From a virus, in the IMG/VR virus record IMGVR_UViG_3300013947_000002, positions 32,001-96,000 of that record: a stretch of DNA of 64,000 nt; one strand, written 5' to 3'. The stretch's first letter is position 1, and the number at the start of each line of letters is the position of its first letter. The notes under the pieces are model-generated. The model saw nothing but the letters and a program-made list of their open reading frames with translations, had not been told where the DNA came from and made no database searches. Below are positions 62,476-64,000 of the stretch, in pieces. The position numbers and the translations under genes were made by a program.

Positions 62476-63627
62476 TTAAATAGCCGAACCAGCACCTAAA
62501 GCAACAATGTATACGTCTAGGTCTGTTGTCGCAGAAGTATTGTTAATATAGATACTATTATCCACAGCGCCCTTTGCCAATGTCCATTCCTTCAGCTCAC
62601 TCACATTGGCAATATTAACAGTAGAGCCACATACATATGCGATAGCAAGACCGCTATGCACAGCATCACAAGCCGTTAGCATATATACGCCATTTGGCAA
62701 CGTAGTAATAGCGCCCGTGTTCTTGCCCTGCCGCACCATCTTCTTTGTTGCTGTCTCATCTTTTACCTCTTGTGTAAGGTAAGCTAAATTAACAGCATGA
62801 TTGGGAGCTGTGGGCGTGCCGACGTTGATTGGGCGATATGTAGACTGACTATCAGGTGCTAATACAGCCGCTTCGTTATTAGTGGTGCTTGTAATGCGAA
62901 CGCCATTAGTGCCAGCAGTATGGACGACATTGCCAATATATAATGGATATTGGTCAGCAGTCGATATTTCCTGAACATCGGTAATGCTATTAGCCGCCAT
63001 GCTGAGATTGCCGTCCATTGTACCGCCTGTCAGCTGTAAATACTCAGCCGCTTGGTCAACATCTGACCATTCATCATTAACTGGGTCAGCAGTATGGAAA
63101 TAATTGACAGCCCGAGTATGGACTAATTGCCCATTCGTAGTAACCTGTGTATATCCAAATGTAAAGCCAGCATCACCACTCTCTGCAATTTGAGCGTTCA
63201 TCAATGGTAGCCGCACATCACCATTTCCAATAGATACAGCGATATTTTCTTTGGCATCAAATGCGGTCTTAATTTCGACCCATGTCTTATTGGCGGTATA
63301 TGTGCCATCTTGATGGTCAGTCAGGATGACAATGAAATCCTCAGATGCCAATGCTTGCCAATGAGTAACTGAGCCGTCATTAGCTAGAAAATGACCCGCT
63401 GTCTCAGATGTGATAGGTGGCAAGCCCGTATCAACCGCAGTGGTATCATCGGGTTGCTCTACCCATTCAGCAGATGCACCATTGTAGATATACCGCTTAG
63501 CTGTATCAATCTCATAGAATTTATCGGCATTGACTGCATCGATTGCCGACTTATCATCTGTGCTCAAGCCGCAATATTCAGCGTATCTTGGCGCGTCATA
63601 ATAGGATGGTCTAGTTAACGTAATCAC
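62476..63627 (-). CDS. tail fibre/receptor-binding protein
   Basis: Track ORF 62476..63645. Likely GTG start at 63627 (ITLTRPSYYDAPRY), parallel to the upstream paralog's N-terminus. Confidence 0.55.
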   Translation of the reverse strand: MITLTRPSYYDAPRYAEYCGLSTDDKSAIDAVNADKFYEIDTAKRYIYNGASAEWVEQPDDTTAVDTGLPPITSETAGHFLANDGSVTHWQALASEDFIVILTDHQDGTYTANKTWVEIKTAFDAKENIAVSIGNGDVRLPLMNAQIAESGDAGFTFGYTQVTTNGQLVHTRAVNYFHTADPVNDEWSDVDQAAEYLQLTGGTMDGNLSMAANSITDVQEISTADQYPLYIGNVVHTAGTNGVRITSTTNNEAAVLAPDSQSTYRPINVGTPTAPNHAVNLAYLTQEVKDETATKKMVRQGKNTGAITTLPNGVYMLTACDAVHSGLAIAYVCGSTVNIANVSELKEWTLAKGAVDNSIYINNTSATTDLDVYIVALGAGSAI

Positions 63628-63803
63628 ACCTTGCCCTCCATCCATTGATTATTTTCAGCGTCATAGCGATATGTGCGCCCTGTATCTAGCTCGTGATATG
63701 TCGCACCATTCTCTATATTGCTTGGCTTAGTATCAATAGAGCGCCCGGTAAATTCAGGCGCTCTTGGTGTAGTATAATATGCTGGACGATATAATGTTAT
63801 CAT
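63624..63803 (-). CDS. small protein (59 aa) paralogous to the fibre N-terminal domain
   Basis: Own translation MITLYRPAYYTTPRAPEFTGRSIDTKPSNIENGATYHELDTGRTYRYDAENNQWMEGKV. Compare ITLTRPSYYDAPRY...FYEIDTAKRYIYNGASAEWVE in the fibre protein. Confidence 0.5.
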   Translation of the reverse strand: MITLYRPAYYTTPRAPEFTGRSIDTKPSNIENGATYHELDTGRTYRYDAENNQWMEGKV

Positions 63804-63818
63804 GGTATCATCCTTTCT

Positions 63819-64000
63819 TTAATTTTTTGCTTTAATATAGGTATACAACCCACTTGCAATAGATATCGATGGTAAATTAGCACTAACTGCAATATTGCTT
63901 TCATAGACAGTAGTATCAACCATCGCGTAATACTTGTCCTTACCGACCAAGATTGGCACTGTTGAAATAATGGGGTTGGATTGTTTGTATAAATTATTAC
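63819..64000 (-). CDS. C-terminal end of a structural protein (runs off window end)
   Basis: Open frame to the window edge: ...VGKDKYYAMVDTTVYESNIAVSANLPSISIASGLYTYIKAKN*. Confidence 0.5.
   Translation of the reverse strand, partial: NNLYKQSNPIISTVPILVGKDKYYAMVDTTVYESNIAVSANLPSISIASGLYTYIKAKN

Noticed and set aside
1-64000. Global stop-codon reassignment (code 4 or 15) as the explanation for the in-frame TAG, TGA and TAA stops
   Set aside because: TGA, TAG and TAA each terminate many well-conserved genes at the expected lengths: dnaE, dcm, dut, the integrase, and the ATGA-coupled junctions. Any recoding would have to be local or context-dependent.

Overview
This window looks like most of a tailed-phage genome, or a prophage-derived one. 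No rRNA or CRISPR array is present. All calls rest on motif reading by eye, with no homology search. Splice sites and transcript ends are good to a few nt, and G+C statements are visual.

Layout:
- 1-9113, minus strand: a partial large terminase, a possible small terminase, a promoter-to-terminator non-coding RNA of about 0.8 kb, a metallophosphoesterase, two HU-like proteins, an intron-split YonO/RdRP-like RNA polymerase and a Bro-N antirepressor.
- 9113-9510: a divergent control region rich in palindromes.
- 9510-61112, plus strand: a densely packed early, replication and nucleotide-metabolism block.
- 61170-64000, minus strand: tail-fibre genes.

The plus-strand block encodes:
- Replication and recombination: PolIII-alpha, a DnaB-like helicase, a DnaG-like primase, a RecD-like helicase, an AAA_24 ATPase with a DUF669 SSB-like protein, a beta-CASP nuclease, HU and a tyrosine recombinase.
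- Nucleotide metabolism: dCMP deaminase, dUTPase, NrdJ and a ThyX-like protein.
- DNA methylation: four clear orphan DNA methyltransferases and one probable one.

Strong AGGAGG ribosome-binding sites and many TTGACA-17-TATAAT promoters (often TGnTATAAT) suggest a Gram-positive, Firmicutes-type host. That is an inference.

Most notable observations:
1. A translationally coupled DHH/DHHA1 phosphoesterase, NifS/DndA-type cysteine desulfurase and PP-loop PAPS-reductase-family module sits between the Dcm and Dam genes. It is a candidate nucleic-acid sulfur-modification system.
2. The Dam gene carries an in-CDS (AG)11 tract and a frame-shifted duplicate of its N-terminus, which suggests a phase-variable switch.
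3. Two promoter-driven, ORF-free, helix-rich regions of about 0.8-1 kb are candidate large ornate ncRNAs.
4. Four related group I introns lie in the RNA polymerase gene, nrdJ (two) and the thyX-like gene. There are also two free-standing homing endonucleases behind a shared structured leader.
5. Terminator, promoter and SD-hairpin elements recur as nested cassettes.
6. Three tandem DnaA boxes sit beside a 1 kb AT-rich region.
7. In-frame TAG, TGA and TAA stops occur in otherwise coding-looking ORFs.
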